A stretch of 64,000 bases of DNA from Candidatus Latescibacterota bacterium (GCA_965248355.1 OZ252098.1:4832001-4896000), one strand, 5' to 3'; shown: positions 1 to 11,358, numbered from the stretch's first letter. Numbers and translations are program-made. Notes: a model not told the origin generated them from the sequence alone.

Positions 1-20
1 ACAGGGGGTGCGCCCGCGCC

Positions 21-2672
21 ATGTACAACGAGCAGATGGCGCGCGGCGCGGGCTGGCTGGGCAAGGCCTACGCGCTGACCGGCGAGGCGGGGTATGCCCG
101 CAGGGCCGCGGAGATCCTGGTGGGGTTCGCCGGCCGCTACAGGCAGTGGGGCGGCGGCCACGCGGTGCTCTACAAGCTGCGGGAGTCCAACGGGTTCCTC
201 CTTCCCTGCGCGACGGCGTACGACCACATCCACGACAGCGGGGTCCTGTCGGCGGAAGACCGCCGCACGATCGAGGAGGACTTCTTCCGCGTGGCCGGCG
301 AGCACTACTCCGACCACGCCGACTCCAACGGGCGGATGAACAACCGCGGCGCCATCCACAATCACAGCGTCATGGCCATCGGCTCCGCTATCGAAGACAT
401 GGGGTTTGTGGATCACGCCCTCAACAGCCCCCATTCGGGCTTTCACGCCCTCGCGGCCCGCATCTTCGATCCGGACGGCCTGGCGCGGGAGGGATTCGGT
501 TACCACACCTACACACTCGTCGGCCTCGCTCCCATTGCCGAGAAGGCCTGCCGCATCGGCATCAACGTCTATGACGATCCCGCGTACCGGAAGGTCTTCG
601 AGGCGCCGCTGCAGGTCTTCCTGCCGGACGAGGTGGGCCCGGCATCGCGCCATCGTCTGCGTCCCCTCTACGAGATCGCCTGTCGAAGGTTCGCCGAGCT
701 GGGAGAAGCGATCGAGTCCCCCTTCGATGAAGAGGACAGGGCTCCCTCCTCATCCTTCAACTTCAGGCACTTCGGGTACGGGGTGTTGCGGTCGGGGGAG
801 GGCGAGGACCAGATCCATCTCTCCATGAGCTATGGCAGGGAGGCCATGTTCCTGGGGCACGCACCGGCCCTGAAGTTCGCCCTGGTCCTTCATGCGAACC
901 GCCGGCTGCTGACCCCGCGGGGCATGCCCAAGGGCTACGGCCATCCCCTGACCGGGGCCTGGTGCCGCAATCCTCTCGCCCACAACTGCATCACCGTCGA
1001 CGACGCCGGTCCGTGGGGCCGCACCGAAGGGAAGCTGGTCGCCTTCGAGGCCGCCGGCCGGGTGCAGGTGATGCGGGCGGTGGACGACGAGGCGTACGCG
1101 GGCCTCACCCTGGACCGCACCATGTTTCTCGCCGGCGATTACGTGGTCGACCTCTCGGCCGCCCATGCCGCGAGCGGACGCCACCGCTACGACATGTGCT
1201 ACCGGAGCTTCGGCGAGCTGAGTTGCCCGCTGCCCTTGGAGGATCGGGCCGGTCCCCTCGGGGTCGGATACGGCTATCAGCTCCTGACCGATCTCAGGAC
1301 CTCGCGCACCGGCGAGACCTGGTCCGCCGAGTGGCGCCAGGCCGCGGACAGCGCGCTGAAGGTCACGGTGCTGGGCGGGACCGAGACGGAGGTGATCGCC
1401 TGCGACTCGCCGAGCAATACGGACCGGGACGACGATGTGAAGGCCCTGGTGGCCCGCCGGTATGCGCGGGGAACGGTCTTCGCCGCGGTGTGGCAGCCCT
1501 ATCGGGACGAGCCCTTCCTGTCGCGGATCTCGGCCCTGCCGGTGACCGGCGGGGAGGAGGCGGATCCGCCCGGTGGAGTTGGAGTGGAGGTGATCAGGGA
1601 AGGTTCGGAGGCATCGGAGTGTTTCCTGGCCTCTTACAGGCCCGGTGTGAAGAGGTACGGAGCCATCGAGCTCGACGGGAAGATGGCCGCAGGATGCTGG
1701 GGGAAGGGCGAAGGAGAGCCGGCCTGCGTCTCCCTGGTGAAGGGCGTCCTGCTCAGGCGCGGCTCCCATTCGGTGGAGGCCAGCGCGCCGGCTTCGATCT
1801 ACGTGGAGCGGCTGGAGAAGGGTCGGCTCCTGGTGAGGACGGGCGACAACAGCGCCGGCAGGATGGTGATCGAAGGCCGGCTGTCGGATGAGGTCGAGGT
1901 GACGCGGGATGGCGAAGCGGTGGAGGTGGAGCTCGAGGAGGGTGAATCCGTGACTTTCCAGGCGGCGGCGCAGGCTTGTTACGTGCTGTCGGGCGTGCAG
2001 GAATGGAGAAGGGTGAGGCTGGCGTGTGAAGCCGTGGCCGCACGACTCGAGGACAACCCGGACGATGCGCAGGGAGGGAGCGCGGTACGTGAGGCGGTGG
2101 ATGCCCCGCTCCCCGGGAAGAACAAGGCCGCCAACGCGGGGTTTGAAGTCAATCCAGCGACAAGGGACGATGTCGAAGATCCCTGGGATTGCTGGAACTC
2201 ATACTACTGGGCGAAGTACCGCCCAGCTTGGCGGTACGATGCAGACGTCGCCCACAGCGGCAAGTACTCCCTCAGGATCCCCCGGGAGAGCTGGGCGAAT
2301 GAAGCGACGCGGGACGGATGGATCGAGCAGAAGGTTGCCAGTTCGGGAGCGAACAGGACCTGCACCCTCTCCGCCTGGGTGAAGTCGAGCCTGGACCCGA
2401 CCCGGGTCAGGCTGTGCATCTACGGATGGGACCCTGAATGGGGCCGGGACTTCGAAGGCGGCGTGTCCCCCCTCTTCGAGGTGGGCACGGAGTGGCGGCG
2501 CATCCGTTGGACGCGGAGCTTCGGTCCCGGGATCACCGATGTGCATGTGATGGTGAAGCGGGAGCACCAGGTGCTGGGCGGAGATCTGTGGATCGACGAC
2601 GTGCAACTGGAAGAGGGCGGCGAGGCGACAGCCTTCGTGCCGGATGCGTGGACGGAGGCGGCGCTGAGATAG
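21..2672 (+). CDS. Heparinase II/III-like polysaccharide lyase with C-terminal CBM4/9-like carbohydrate-binding domain (probably 5'-truncated by window edge)
   Basis: Helical alginate-lyase-like N-terminal region (HNH, DGLAREG.GYH.Y), heparinase II/III motifs (GYGVLR, AHNCITVDD) and a C-terminal 'NAGFE...HSGKYSL...TLSAWVK...LWIDDVQLEEG' CBM-like domain. The frame is open upstream of position 21. Confidence 0.75.
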   Translation: MYNEQMARGAGWLGKAYALTGEAGYARRAAEILVGFAGRYRQWGGGHAVLYKLRESNGFLLPCATAYDHIHDSGVLSAEDRRTIEEDFFRVAGEHYSDHADSNGRMNNRGAIHNHSVMAIGSAIEDMGFVDHALNSPHSGFHALAARIFDPDGLAREGFGYHTYTLVGLAPIAEKACRIGINVYDDPAYRKVFEAPLQVFLPDEVGPASRHRLRPLYEIACRRFAELGEAIESPFDEEDRAPSSSFNFRHFGYGVLRSGEGEDQIHLSMSYGREAMFLGHAPALKFALVLHANRRLLTPRGMPKGYGHPLTGAWCRNPLAHNCITVDDAGPWGRTEGKLVAFEAAGRVQVMRAVDDEAYAGLTLDRTMFLAGDYVVDLSAAHAASGRHRYDMCYRSFGELSCPLPLEDRAGPLGVGYGYQLLTDLRTSRTGETWSAEWRQAADSALKVTVLGGTETEVIACDSPSNTDRDDDVKALVARRYARGTVFAAVWQPYRDEPFLSRISALPVTGGEEADPPGGVGVEVIREGSEASECFLASYRPGVKRYGAIELDGKMAAGCWGKGEGEPACVSLVKGVLLRRGSHSVEASAPASIYVERLEKGRLLVRTGDNSAGRMVIEGRLSDEVEVTRDGEAVEVELEEGESVTFQAAAQACYVLSGVQEWRRVRLACEAVAARLEDNPDDAQGGSAVREAVDAPLPGKNKAANAGFEVNPATRDDVEDPWDCWNSYYWAKYRPAWRYDADVAHSGKYSLRIPRESWANEATRDGWIEQKVASSGANRTCTLSAWVKSSLDPTRVRLCIYGWDPEWGRDFEGGVSPLFEVGTEWRRIRWTRSFGPGITDVHVMVKREHQVLGGDLWIDDVQLEEGGEATAFVPDAWTEAALR

Positions 2673-2716
2673 GTCCGGGAGTGCCAGGTCCTTCGGTCGG
2701 GCCAGCCGGGCAAGGG

Positions 2717-3553
2717 TCATCGCATTCCAAGGGTGGTCCGGTGCATGACGCGGCGATGGCGGCCGTCCCAGGGCCGGCCGCGATGCAGGCAGCCGACGTT
2801 GTCCCACATGACCAGATCGTGCCGCCGCCACTCGTGACGGTACCCGAAGCGGGGCTGCGTCGCCCATTCGAGCAGTTCCGCCAGCAGGGCGCGGCCTTTC
2901 TCCACCGGCCAGCCGACGATGCGGGTGGCGTAGGAGCCGACGAGCAGGACCTTCGAGCTGCTCTCGGGAATGGTGCGCACCAGCGGATGCAGCGCCGGCG
3001 GCGTGTCCTTGAGAAACTGGTCGTCCATCAGGCCGGGGGCGATCTGCTGCCGCGACCAGGCGATGCTGTGCTCGGCCACCAAGTCCTCGATGAGGGCCTT
3101 GCGCTCGTCCGGCAGGCTCGCCCAGGCCGCCCGCAGGCTGGCGTACTCGGTCTCGCCGCCGGCGGGCGGCACCTCCTTGGCCGACAGCAGGGATCCCCGC
3201 AGCGGCACCTTGCGGAAGGAGCCGTCGGAGTGCCACAGGGAGTTTCCCTTCTGGTACAGCATGCGCTTGTCGTCGAGAGGGATGACGGCGCCCCTGTCGT
3301 CGACGTTGCTGATCACGCCGATCGGTCCGCCGTCGCCGATCGGGTCGCTGGGGATGGTCATCTCGAGGGGGCCGAAGCCAACGCTGAAGGCGACCTGCTG
3401 CTCGTCAGTGATCTGCTGGCCGCGAAAGACGAGGACCGAGTGCCGGTGGAAGGCCTCGCGCAGGAGGGAGAAGGTGCCGCCGTCGATGGGGGAGGCGATG
3501 TCGACGCCGCAGACCTCGGCGCCGATGTGCTCACCGAGTCTGTCGATTCTCAT
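2717..3553 (-). CDS. TauD/TfdA-family Fe(II)/2-oxoglutarate dioxygenase
   Basis: WHSDGSF (HxD), GGETEYAS and WDNVGCLHRG...RVMHRTT motifs. Confidence 0.92.
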   Translation of the reverse strand: MRIDRLGEHIGAEVCGVDIASPIDGGTFSLLREAFHRHSVLVFRGQQITDEQQVAFSVGFGPLEMTIPSDPIGDGGPIGVISNVDDRGAVIPLDDKRMLYQKGNSLWHSDGSFRKVPLRGSLLSAKEVPPAGGETEYASLRAAWASLPDERKALIEDLVAEHSIAWSRQQIAPGLMDDQFLKDTPPALHPLVRTIPESSSKVLLVGSYATRIVGWPVEKGRALLAELLEWATQPRFGYRHEWRRHDLVMWDNVGCLHRGRPWDGRHRRVMHRTTLGMR

Positions 3554-3587
3554 GTGCGTCTCCAGCCCGGGCCGGCGCTGGCCGGCT

Positions 3588-6500
3588 TCATTTCAGAACG
3601 AGCATCTTGCGCACGTGGGCGGAGGTTCCCGCCTGCAAGCGGTACACATACACTCCGCTGGAGACCCGCTGTCCGTGCTGATCGCGGCCGTTCCAATAGG
3701 CCGCACGAGAGGGGGCCAGGTAGAGACCGGCAGGCTGGTAGCCCAGATCGATGGTCCTGACCAGGGCTCCGCGGACATCGTAGATGCTCAGGCCCACCTC
3801 GGCGGGGGCGTGCACCTGATAGGGTATCCAGGTCTCCGGATTGAAGGGATTGGGGTAGTTTGCCAGCAGCGCAGTCTTCGTCGGCAACGTCGAGGGCTGA
3901 GTCGGGGTCGCCAAGGTGTCGGTCCGGGGGACGTTCAGGGCGATGCCATGCACGTAGCGCAATTCTCTGAGGAGGAGTTCGGCGTTGGAGCCGTCGAGAT
4001 TCGCCCGAAGAATGCCGCTGTCGTCCGTCCAGTAGATCTTGCCCTCGCCTTCGTCCAGGGCGAGGCCCCCCGGAGAATCCAATCCGGCAAGGAGGTCTTC
4101 GCTGTTGGAGCCGTCGAGGTTCGCCCGGCGAATGAGGCGGTTGCGGTAGGGGTACTCCCCGTCCGTCCAGTAGATCTTGTCCCTGGTCAAGTCGAGGGCA
4201 AGGTGGTATGGCCCCGGCAAATCCGCGAGGATCGTTTCGACGTTGGCCCCGTCGAGATCGGCCCGACGGATTGAGCCGGTACTTTCCGCCCAGTACATCT
4301 TGCCCCCGGCCGCATCGAGGGCGATGCCCCTTGGAGTCGCCAACCCTGCGACGAGGACTTCGACGTTGGAGCCGTCGAGGTCAGCGCGGCGGATACTCCC
4401 ATTTCCTTCGTGGTTCCAGTTGGTCCAGTATACTCTTCCCGAGGGGGTGTCCAAAGCGATGCCTCTTGACGGCTCTCCAGTCAGGAGGGTGTCCACATTT
4501 GAGCCATCGAGGTTGGCTCGAAGGATCTTGCCCCTCCTCTCTTCCAGCTCCCAGTCGGTCCAGTACATGTTCCCACCGATCACGTCGAGGGCAACATCCT
4601 GTATTGGATCCCATCCAGTAGCGATGAGGTCCTTGCTGTTTGCACCGTCGAGGTTGGCGCGGCGGATCCGGCCCTGCCAATACTCCGTCCAGTACATATC
4701 GCCACCAGCGACATCGAGGGCGATCGCCCCTGGCTCCTTGACCCCCTCGAGGTATTCGACATTGGAACCGTCGAGGTCGGCCCGACGGATGGCATCCCTC
4801 GCGTCGGCGTAGAACGTGCCGGACTCCGTCCAGTAGAGCTTGCCTCCGGCTACGTCGAGGGCGATGCCGCTTGGGTACACCAATCCTGCTACGAGGAGTT
4901 CGACGGCAGTGCCGTCGAGGCCGGCGCGGTGAATGGTGTGTTCCACGGGGTCGGTCCAGTACATCTTGCCGTTGATTGCGTCGAGGGCAAGGCCGTACGG
5001 CCCCGGCAGGTCGCCCACGAGGGTTTCGACGTTTGTGCCGTCGAGGCCGGCTCGGCGGATTCGGCCCGCCTCTCCCCCCCCATCTTCTGTCCAGTACATC
5101 TTGCCATGGGTCAGATCCAGTGCAATACCCCCCGCCAGGGACGTTCTCATTCCGTTGACGAGGGTTTCGACGTTTGTGCCGTCGAGGTCGGCTCGACGGA
5201 TTCTCCTCTTTCCCGTCCCCCACTCCGTCCAGTAGATCTTGCCGCCGCCGACATCGAGGGCGATTCCGCCCGGGTATCTCCATCTCTCAATGACGAGATC
5301 CTCGCTGTTGGTGCCGTCGAAGTCGGCGCGGCGGATCTTGCCGATTCCCTCGGACAACGCCCATTCCGTCCAGTACATCTTGCCTGCAACGACATCGAGG
5401 GCGAGGGCGATGGGGACATCCAACGTCCCCGTGATGAGGATTTCGGTGTTCGTGCCGTCGAGGTCCGCTCGACGAATGGTGGTCTCTTCCGTCCAGTAAA
5501 TCCTGCCCCCGGCCACGTCCAAGGCGATCTCTACTGCAACGGGAGGAAAGAGACGTTCTATGTCGGTGCCATCGAGGTTGGAGCGCCAGATCGAACTCGC
5601 CACCGCATCTTCTTCCCGTATCGTCCAGTACATCTTGCCCTCACCCACGTCGAGAGCGATGTCCTCTCCTCCTGCGAGGAGAAGGGTCTCGACGTTGGCA
5701 CCGTCGAGGTCGGCCCGCTGGATACGGTGTCCCGCCCAGTAGATCTTGCCTCCGGTCACATCGAGGGCGATAGCCTCAGGACCGGCAACCTCGTCCTCGG
5801 CGAGGATGAGTTCGACACTGGAACCGTCGAGATTGGCGCGGCGAATCTCCCTCCTCCCCGACCAGTCTCCCTCTATCCAGTACAGCTTGCCTCCAGCAAC
5901 GTCCAGGACAATATCCCTCGGATATCTGTCCGGGCTAAGGAGCAGCTCGATGTTGGAACCGTCGAGGTTGGCGCGGCGGATCTTGCTCCCTTCCGTCCAG
6001 TACATCTTGTTGCCAGGGGGGTCCAATGCGAGGCCCCCCGGTCTGACTATGCCCGCGAGCAGGACTTCCGCATTGGAACCATCGAGGCTGGCACGGCGGA
6101 TGGTATCGCTCCCCGGCTCCGTCCAGTAGATTCGGCCCCCGGCCGGGTCGAGGGCAATGTTCTCCGGCCCCTCCGCTTCCGCGAGCAGGACTTCGGTATT
6201 GGAGCCGTCCAGGTCGGCCCGCCCGATGGTGGCCTCCCAGGCGCTCGTCCAGTACATCCGTCCTCCGGCCGTATCGAGGGCGATGTTGCTCGGATTCTCT
6301 ACTTCCGCAAGGTCTTCCACGGCAGTGCCGTCGAGGTTGGCGCGGCGGATTCGGCCCGTTTCCGGGCCCCACTGGGTCCAGTAGATCTGGCCGCCCGCCA
6401 CGTCGAGGGCGATGTCTTCGGGGTTGTCTGTTTCGAAGAGGTCTTCGACGTTGGAGCCGTTGAGATCGGCGCGGCGGATGGCTACGCCGATGATTATGCC

Positions 6501-7025
6501 TGTCCCCGGTTCCGTCCAGTAGATCTTCCCCCCGGTTGGATCGAGGGCGATGTCGCCGGGGTTGTCCAGTCCATCGAGAAGGACTTCGGGCTCTGAACCG
6601 TCAAGGGCTGCCCGCCGGATCGATCCATTGCGCAGCTCCCAGTCGTACTCCGACCAGTAGATCCTGCCCCCGGCCGGATCGAGGGCGATGCCGCCGGGAT
6701 TCTTCACGCCCGTGACGAGGACCTCGACCCCGACGCCGTCGAGATCCGCCCTGCTGATGGCCCCCGACTCGTCCCCCCGCTCCGTCCAGTAGATCTTGCC
6801 CCCGGCGGCGTCGAGGGCGATGTCGTACGGAACCCTCAATCTGGACTTGACGAGGTCTTCGACGTCTGAGCCATCCAGGTTGGAGCGGTGGATGCTCTCC
6901 CACTGCGTCCAGTAGATTCCCTCGTCGCCTGCCGGCGGCTCGCCAAGCCTCATGCCCTGAGCGGCGGCGGCCAGCCATATCGTCGCCAGCAGCGCCCCGA
7001 GGACGCGGCCAGTCGCTGGACTCAT
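3588..7025 (-). CDS. Secreted YWTD (LDL-receptor class B / LRP-like) beta-propeller repeat protein with C-terminal FlgD-Ig/T9SS-like tail
   Basis: Signal peptide MSPATGRVLGALLATIWLAAAAQG after a GGAGGAG RBS; 23 'IALD..GG.IYWT...IRRANLDG' repeats; C-terminal [15 protein letters not shown]...WNGRD...SGVYVYRL...KMLVLK. Confidence 0.88.
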   Translation of the reverse strand: MSPATGRVLGALLATIWLAAAAQGMRLGEPPAGDEGIYWTQWESIHRSNLDGSDVEDLVKSRLRVPYDIALDAAGGKIYWTERGDESGAISRADLDGVGVEVLVTGVKNPGGIALDPAGGRIYWSEYDWELRNGSIRRAALDGSEPEVLLDGLDNPGDIALDPTGGKIYWTEPGTGIIIGVAIRRADLNGSNVEDLFETDNPEDIALDVAGGQIYWTQWGPETGRIRRANLDGTAVEDLAEVENPSNIALDTAGGRMYWTSAWEATIGRADLDGSNTEVLLAEAEGPENIALDPAGGRIYWTEPGSDTIRRASLDGSNAEVLLAGIVRPGGLALDPPGNKMYWTEGSKIRRANLDGSNIELLLSPDRYPRDIVLDVAGGKLYWIEGDWSGRREIRRANLDGSSVELILAEDEVAGPEAIALDVTGGKIYWAGHRIQRADLDGANVETLLLAGGEDIALDVGEGKMYWTIREEDAVASSIWRSNLDGTDIERLFPPVAVEIALDVAGGRIYWTEETTIRRADLDGTNTEILITGTLDVPIALALDVVAGKMYWTEWALSEGIGKIRRADFDGTNSEDLVIERWRYPGGIALDVGGGKIYWTEWGTGKRRIRRADLDGTNVETLVNGMRTSLAGGIALDLTHGKMYWTEDGGGEAGRIRRAGLDGTNVETLVGDLPGPYGLALDAINGKMYWTDPVEHTIHRAGLDGTAVELLVAGLVYPSGIALDVAGGKLYWTESGTFYADARDAIRRADLDGSNVEYLEGVKEPGAIALDVAGGDMYWTEYWQGRIRRANLDGANSKDLIATGWDPIQDVALDVIGGNMYWTDWELEERRGKILRANLDGSNVDTLLTGEPSRGIALDTPSGRVYWTNWNHEGNGSIRRADLDGSNVEVLVAGLATPRGIALDAAGGKMYWAESTGSIRRADLDGANVETILADLPGPYHLALDLTRDKIYWTDGEYPYRNRLIRRANLDGSNSEDLLAGLDSPGGLALDEGEGKIYWTDDSGILRANLDGSNAELLLRELRYVHGIALNVPRTDTLATPTQPSTLPTKTALLANYPNPFNPETWIPYQVHAPAEVGLSIYDVRGALVRTIDLGYQPAGLYLAPSRAAYWNGRDQHGQRVSSGVYVYRLQAGTSAHVRKMLVLK

Positions 7026-7096
7026 CGGACAGCTCCTCCTCCCAGGAGACGGGGATAGACAGCGGTTGCCTGCACCCGCTGCCCCAGACCCGCCCA

Positions 7097-10000
7097 CTAC
7101 TTGAGAACCAGCATCTTGCGCGCCTGGGCGAAATCCCCGGCCTGCAACCGGTACAGGTACACCCCGGCCGCGACGGGTTCGCCGCGCTGGTTGCGTCCGT
7201 CCCAATGGGTCGCGCCCGAGGGTGTCAGGTAGCTGCCGGCAGGCTGGTAGCCCAGGTCGACGACCCTGACCAGGGCCCCCCGGAGATCGTAGATGCTCAG
7301 GCGCACCTGGGCCTGCTCCTGCAACCGATAGGGAATCCAGGTCTCCAGGTTGAAGGGATTGGGGTAGTTGGCCAGCAGCGCGGTCCGGGCCGGCACGGTC
7401 TGAACCGCCGTCGCCACAGGTTCAGGAGGTGGGATGTACGGAGACATGTCCCACAGCAGGATCGTGCCGTCCCCACTCCGGCTTGCCAGTCTTGCCCCAT
7501 CCGGCGAATACTCCACCAGATTGACGCCTCCCCTGTGCCCCTTCAGCGCAGCCCTTTGCTGCTCGCTCTCCACGTCCCACAAGCGGACCGTGCCGTCATC
7601 GCTCCCGCTGGCCAGCGTGCCCCCATCGGGCGAGAACGCCACCGAACGGACATAACCCCTATGCCCGAACAGGGTGTTCAGCAGCTGGCCGCTTTCCACG
7701 TCCCACAGGCGGACATCGTCGTTCCGGTCCCCGCAGGCCAGCGTACTCCCGTCCGGCGAGAACGCCACGGAAATGACATCCCAGCCTCGCGTCCCCTCCA
7801 GGGCGGCCAGGAGCTGGCCGCTGCCTACGTCCCACAGCCGGGTCATGCCATCCCCGCTTCCAGTGGCCAGCGTACTGCCATCCGGCGAGAACGCCATGGC
7901 ATAGGCCCAACTGGAAAGAGTGGACCGAAGCTGGCTTGCGCCTACGTCCCACAGCCGGACCGTGACATCCTCGCTCCGGCTGGCCAGGATGCGGCCAGCC
8001 GGCGAAAACAGCACCGAATTGACCCGATCCTCATGCCCCTCCAGGGTGGTCAGCGGTTGCCCGCCCCCTACATCCCACAAGCGGATCGTCCTGTCCCGGC
8101 TCCCACTGGCCAGCACGCTCCCATCCGGGGAAAACGCCATCGACTGGATCCAAGCCCCATGTCCCTCCATGGTGGCCAACGGTTGTCCGCTCACTGCATC
8201 CCACAAGCGGATTGTCTTGTCCCGGCTCCCGCTTGCCAGCGTTTCCGCCATCCGGCGAAAACACCACCAGATTGACCCAGGCCTCATGGCCCTCCAAGGT
8301 GGCCCGGATCCGGCCGCTGCTCATATCCCACAATCGGACCGCGTTGTCAGCACTCCCACTGGCCAGCATACCCGCCTCCAGAGAAATGGCCACCGGATGG
8401 ACGGAACTCCTGTATCCATACAGGATCGCATGGGATTCGAAGCTGACCGTATCCCACAAGCGGACGGTGCTGTCTCGACTTCCGCTGGCCAGGATTCCCC
8501 CATCCGGCGAAAAGGCCACCGAATAGACCGCGGAATAGACAGAACTCGTATGCCCTTCGAGGATGGCCCTGGATTGGCCTGTGTCCACGTCCCACAACCG
8601 GACCGTGCCGATTTCACTTCCACTGGCCAGTGTCGTTCCATCCGGGGAAAAGGCCAGGGAATAGACCCAACCTCCCTGGACCCTGCTAGTGACGCTGGAT
8701 TCCCCTTCCATGCTTACGGTGTAGGTCACCACGGTATCCAATCGGCTCGTATGACCCTCCAGGGTAGCCTGGGGTTGGCCACTGTCTGCATCCCACAACA
8801 GGATCATACCATCCATCCCACCACTGGCAAGGGGTGCGCCCGTCCGGCGAAAACGCCACCGAACGGACAGTACGCAAGTGCCCTTCCAAGGTGGCCTTGG
8901 GTTGGCCGCTGTCGACCTCCCACAACCGGACCGTGCCGTCCTCACCGCCGCTTGCGAGGGTTTCTCCATCCGGGGAAAACGCCACGGAACGAACATACCG
9001 CGTATGGCCCTCCAGGGTCATCTCGAGCGCGCCGCTTGCCACATCCCACAACCAGACGGCGTTGTAGTAATTGGCGCCGGCGCTGGCCAGGGTGCTCCCA
9101 TCCGGAGAAAAGGCCACCGAATAGATCGGATCCGGCCCTTCGAGGATGGCCTTGAGCTGGCCGCCGGCTGCATCCCACAACCGGATCGTCTCGTCGTTGC
9201 TCCCACTGGCCAGCATGCTCCCATCCGACGAAAAGGCCAAGGTAGTTACAGAAGCAGTATGCCCCGTCAGCAGGCCGACTTCGGTGCCTGTGTGCGCATC
9301 GTAGAGCCAGATACCAATACTACCCGCTACCGCGAGCCGGGTACCGTCCGGTGAGTAGGCGATATCGGATATGCTTCCTTTTCCCAGGCGCACCTCGACG
9401 CCTTCGGGCAACCCCCACCGGGAAGGGTGCAGGGAGAGGTCGTTCCGGACGAACATGGCGGGTGACGTATCCCACAGCAGGACCGTGCGGTCCCGATTCC
9501 CGCTGGCCAGGGTCAGGCCGTCCGGGGAAAGGGCCAGGGAAGTGAAATTCTCCCTGTAGCCTTCGAGGGTGGCCTCGTGCCGGGCATCGGCCACGTCCCA
9601 CAACCGGATCACGCCGTCATAACTCGCGCTTGCCAGCGTGGCCCCATCCCGCGAGAAGGCCAGGAAAAAGATCCGGTTGGCATGCCCCTCGAGGATTACC
9701 CTGGACCGGGCGCCTTCCGCATCCCACAACCGGATCGTCTGGTCATGGCTCCCACTGGCCAGCGTGCTGCCATCCGGCGAAAACGCCACCGCATCGACCG
9801 ATCCTGTATGCCCTTCCAAGGTCGCCTGGAGCCGACCGCTTTCCGCGTCCCACAACCGGATCGTCTTGTCCCCGCTCCCGCTGGCAATCCTGCCTCCATC
9901 TGGTGAAAACGCCAGCGAACGGACGGACCTCCCATGCCCTTCGAGGAGGGCAAGGGGCTCGCCGCTTTCCGCGTCCCACAACCTGATCGCCTGGTCGTCG

Positions 10001-10452
10001 CCACCGCTTGCCAGCATGTCACCATCCGGCGAAAAGACAACGGAGTACACTCCGCCGGTATGCCCCTCCAGGGTCGCCTCGAGTCGGCCGCCGCCCACCC
10101 CCCACAACCGGATCGTACTGTCATCGCTGCCGCTGGCCAACGCCCTCCCATCCGGAGAAAAAACCAGGGTACGGATGGATCCCCGGTGCCCCTTCAAGGT
10201 CGCCGCCTGCTGGCCGGTGGCCACATCCCACAACCGCACCTCGTTGTCGTCGCTGCCGCTGGCCAATACTTCTCCATCCGGAGAAAAAGCCACCGCCGTG
10301 ACCCAATCCCTGTGCCCGGAGAGAATCGCCCGGGGTTGGACGCCGTCCGCCGCGGGGAAACGAGTCCTGTCTCCGCTGCCGCCGGCCAGGGTACCCCCGT
10401 CTGGAGAGAACGCCACCGACAGGAGGGCAACCTTCAACAAGCTCCGCTTCAT
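7097..10452 (-). CDS. WD40-repeat protein with FlgD-Ig/T9SS-like tail, split into three ORFs by two +1 frameshifts (~8831-8834 and ~8242-8244)
   Basis: About 23 'VAFSPDG..LASGS.D.T.RLWD' repeats run continuously across ORFs 8686-10509, 8031-8996 and 7097-8287. Removing one base from a short homopolymer restores SPDGRTLASG and [10 protein letters not shown]. The start overlaps the GNAT stop (ATGA). Confidence 0.85.
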
Positions 10453-11348
10453 TCGGGATGTCCCTCCGCCTGCCTTCGCCAGTGTCTCTGCCGCACCAGC
10501 GGCATCCACCCGAACCGCCTGTAGAACCTGCCTGCGCCGGCTTGGTCGTCCTCACGTGCAACAGGCACCACGATCCGATCGCACCTGGCCAACCGCAGCC
10601 ATTCGACCGCATGGCGCACGACCCACGAACCGATCCCCTGGTTTCTCATTGATTCACGCGTTCCGACCTCCGAGAGCTCGGCCCATCCTGCCAGTGCAGG
10701 CAACTGGCCGCCATCGGTGAGATCCGGGATACATTCACACTCCGCGATCTCCTCTCCATCGAGGCGCGCGACAAACCGCGTGCCGAACTCGCCCGCAGAG
10801 CGGTGGATCGTCACACCTGCCACCGGCGGCTCACCGGGAGCAGAGATACCACGCAGGGTACCACCATAGACGGATTCGTCGGTTTCCTCATTCGCCGAAT
10901 ATCCGGATTGCTTCATCAGAGCGATTACGTGGGGCCAAGCATCCGGTGTGCCCACGCAGGTAGGAACCGGCAGGGAACCGACTCGCTCCTCCGATACCTG
11001 CCAGGCCTTCATCTGGCGCCGGCACGCGGTCATGACCGCCACCCCGGCCTCTCGCTCTTCGGGCCAGAACAGGGTCCAGGCGATGTACCCGGTTCCGTTC
11101 CAGGGCGTCTCTTCGCCGTATCGGCGGAGATGCGCCGCCGCGCAGACGCGGTCCTTGACGATCCCGACGATGGACCTTCTCTCCACAACCCAGGGATCGG
11201 TCACGGATTCCTGGGGCTCCCTCTGCAGGCGCCCCCAGAGGTAGTCGGCGGTCAGGCTCCACCCGGGAACCACCGCGCCGACGTGACCGTTGACGAGCTC
11301 CAGGACCTGGGGAAGATGGGAGCGATCCAGTGGTGAAATCTCCGTCAT
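10449..11348 (-). CDS. GNAT-family N-acetyltransferase
   Basis: C-terminal acetyl-CoA motif RNQGIGSWVV...AGRFYRRFGW. Confidence 0.8.
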   Translation of the reverse strand: MTEISPLDRSHLPQVLELVNGHVGAVVPGWSLTADYLWGRLQREPQESVTDPWVVERRSIVGIVKDRVCAAAHLRRYGEETPWNGTGYIAWTLFWPEEREAGVAVMTACRRQMKAWQVSEERVGSLPVPTCVGTPDAWPHVIALMKQSGYSANEETDESVYGGTLRGISAPGEPPVAGVTIHRSAGEFGTRFVARLDGEEIAECECIPDLTDGGQLPALAGWAELSEVGTRESMRNQGIGSWVVRHAVEWLRLARCDRIVVPVAREDDQAGAGRFYRRFGWMPLVRQRHWRRQAEGHPE

Positions 11349-11358
11349 GGTTCGCCTC

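Noticed and set aside
8242..8834. Programmed frameshifting or phase variation in the WD40 gene
   Set aside because: The runs are only 3-4 nt, lack slippery heptamers, and the same pattern occurs in unrelated genes.
3900..10420. Regular ~125-135 bp periodic repeats that could be taken for a CRISPR array or satellite
   Set aside because: They are degenerate in-frame YWTD and WD40 coding repeats; there are no identical repeats with unique spacers and no cas genes.
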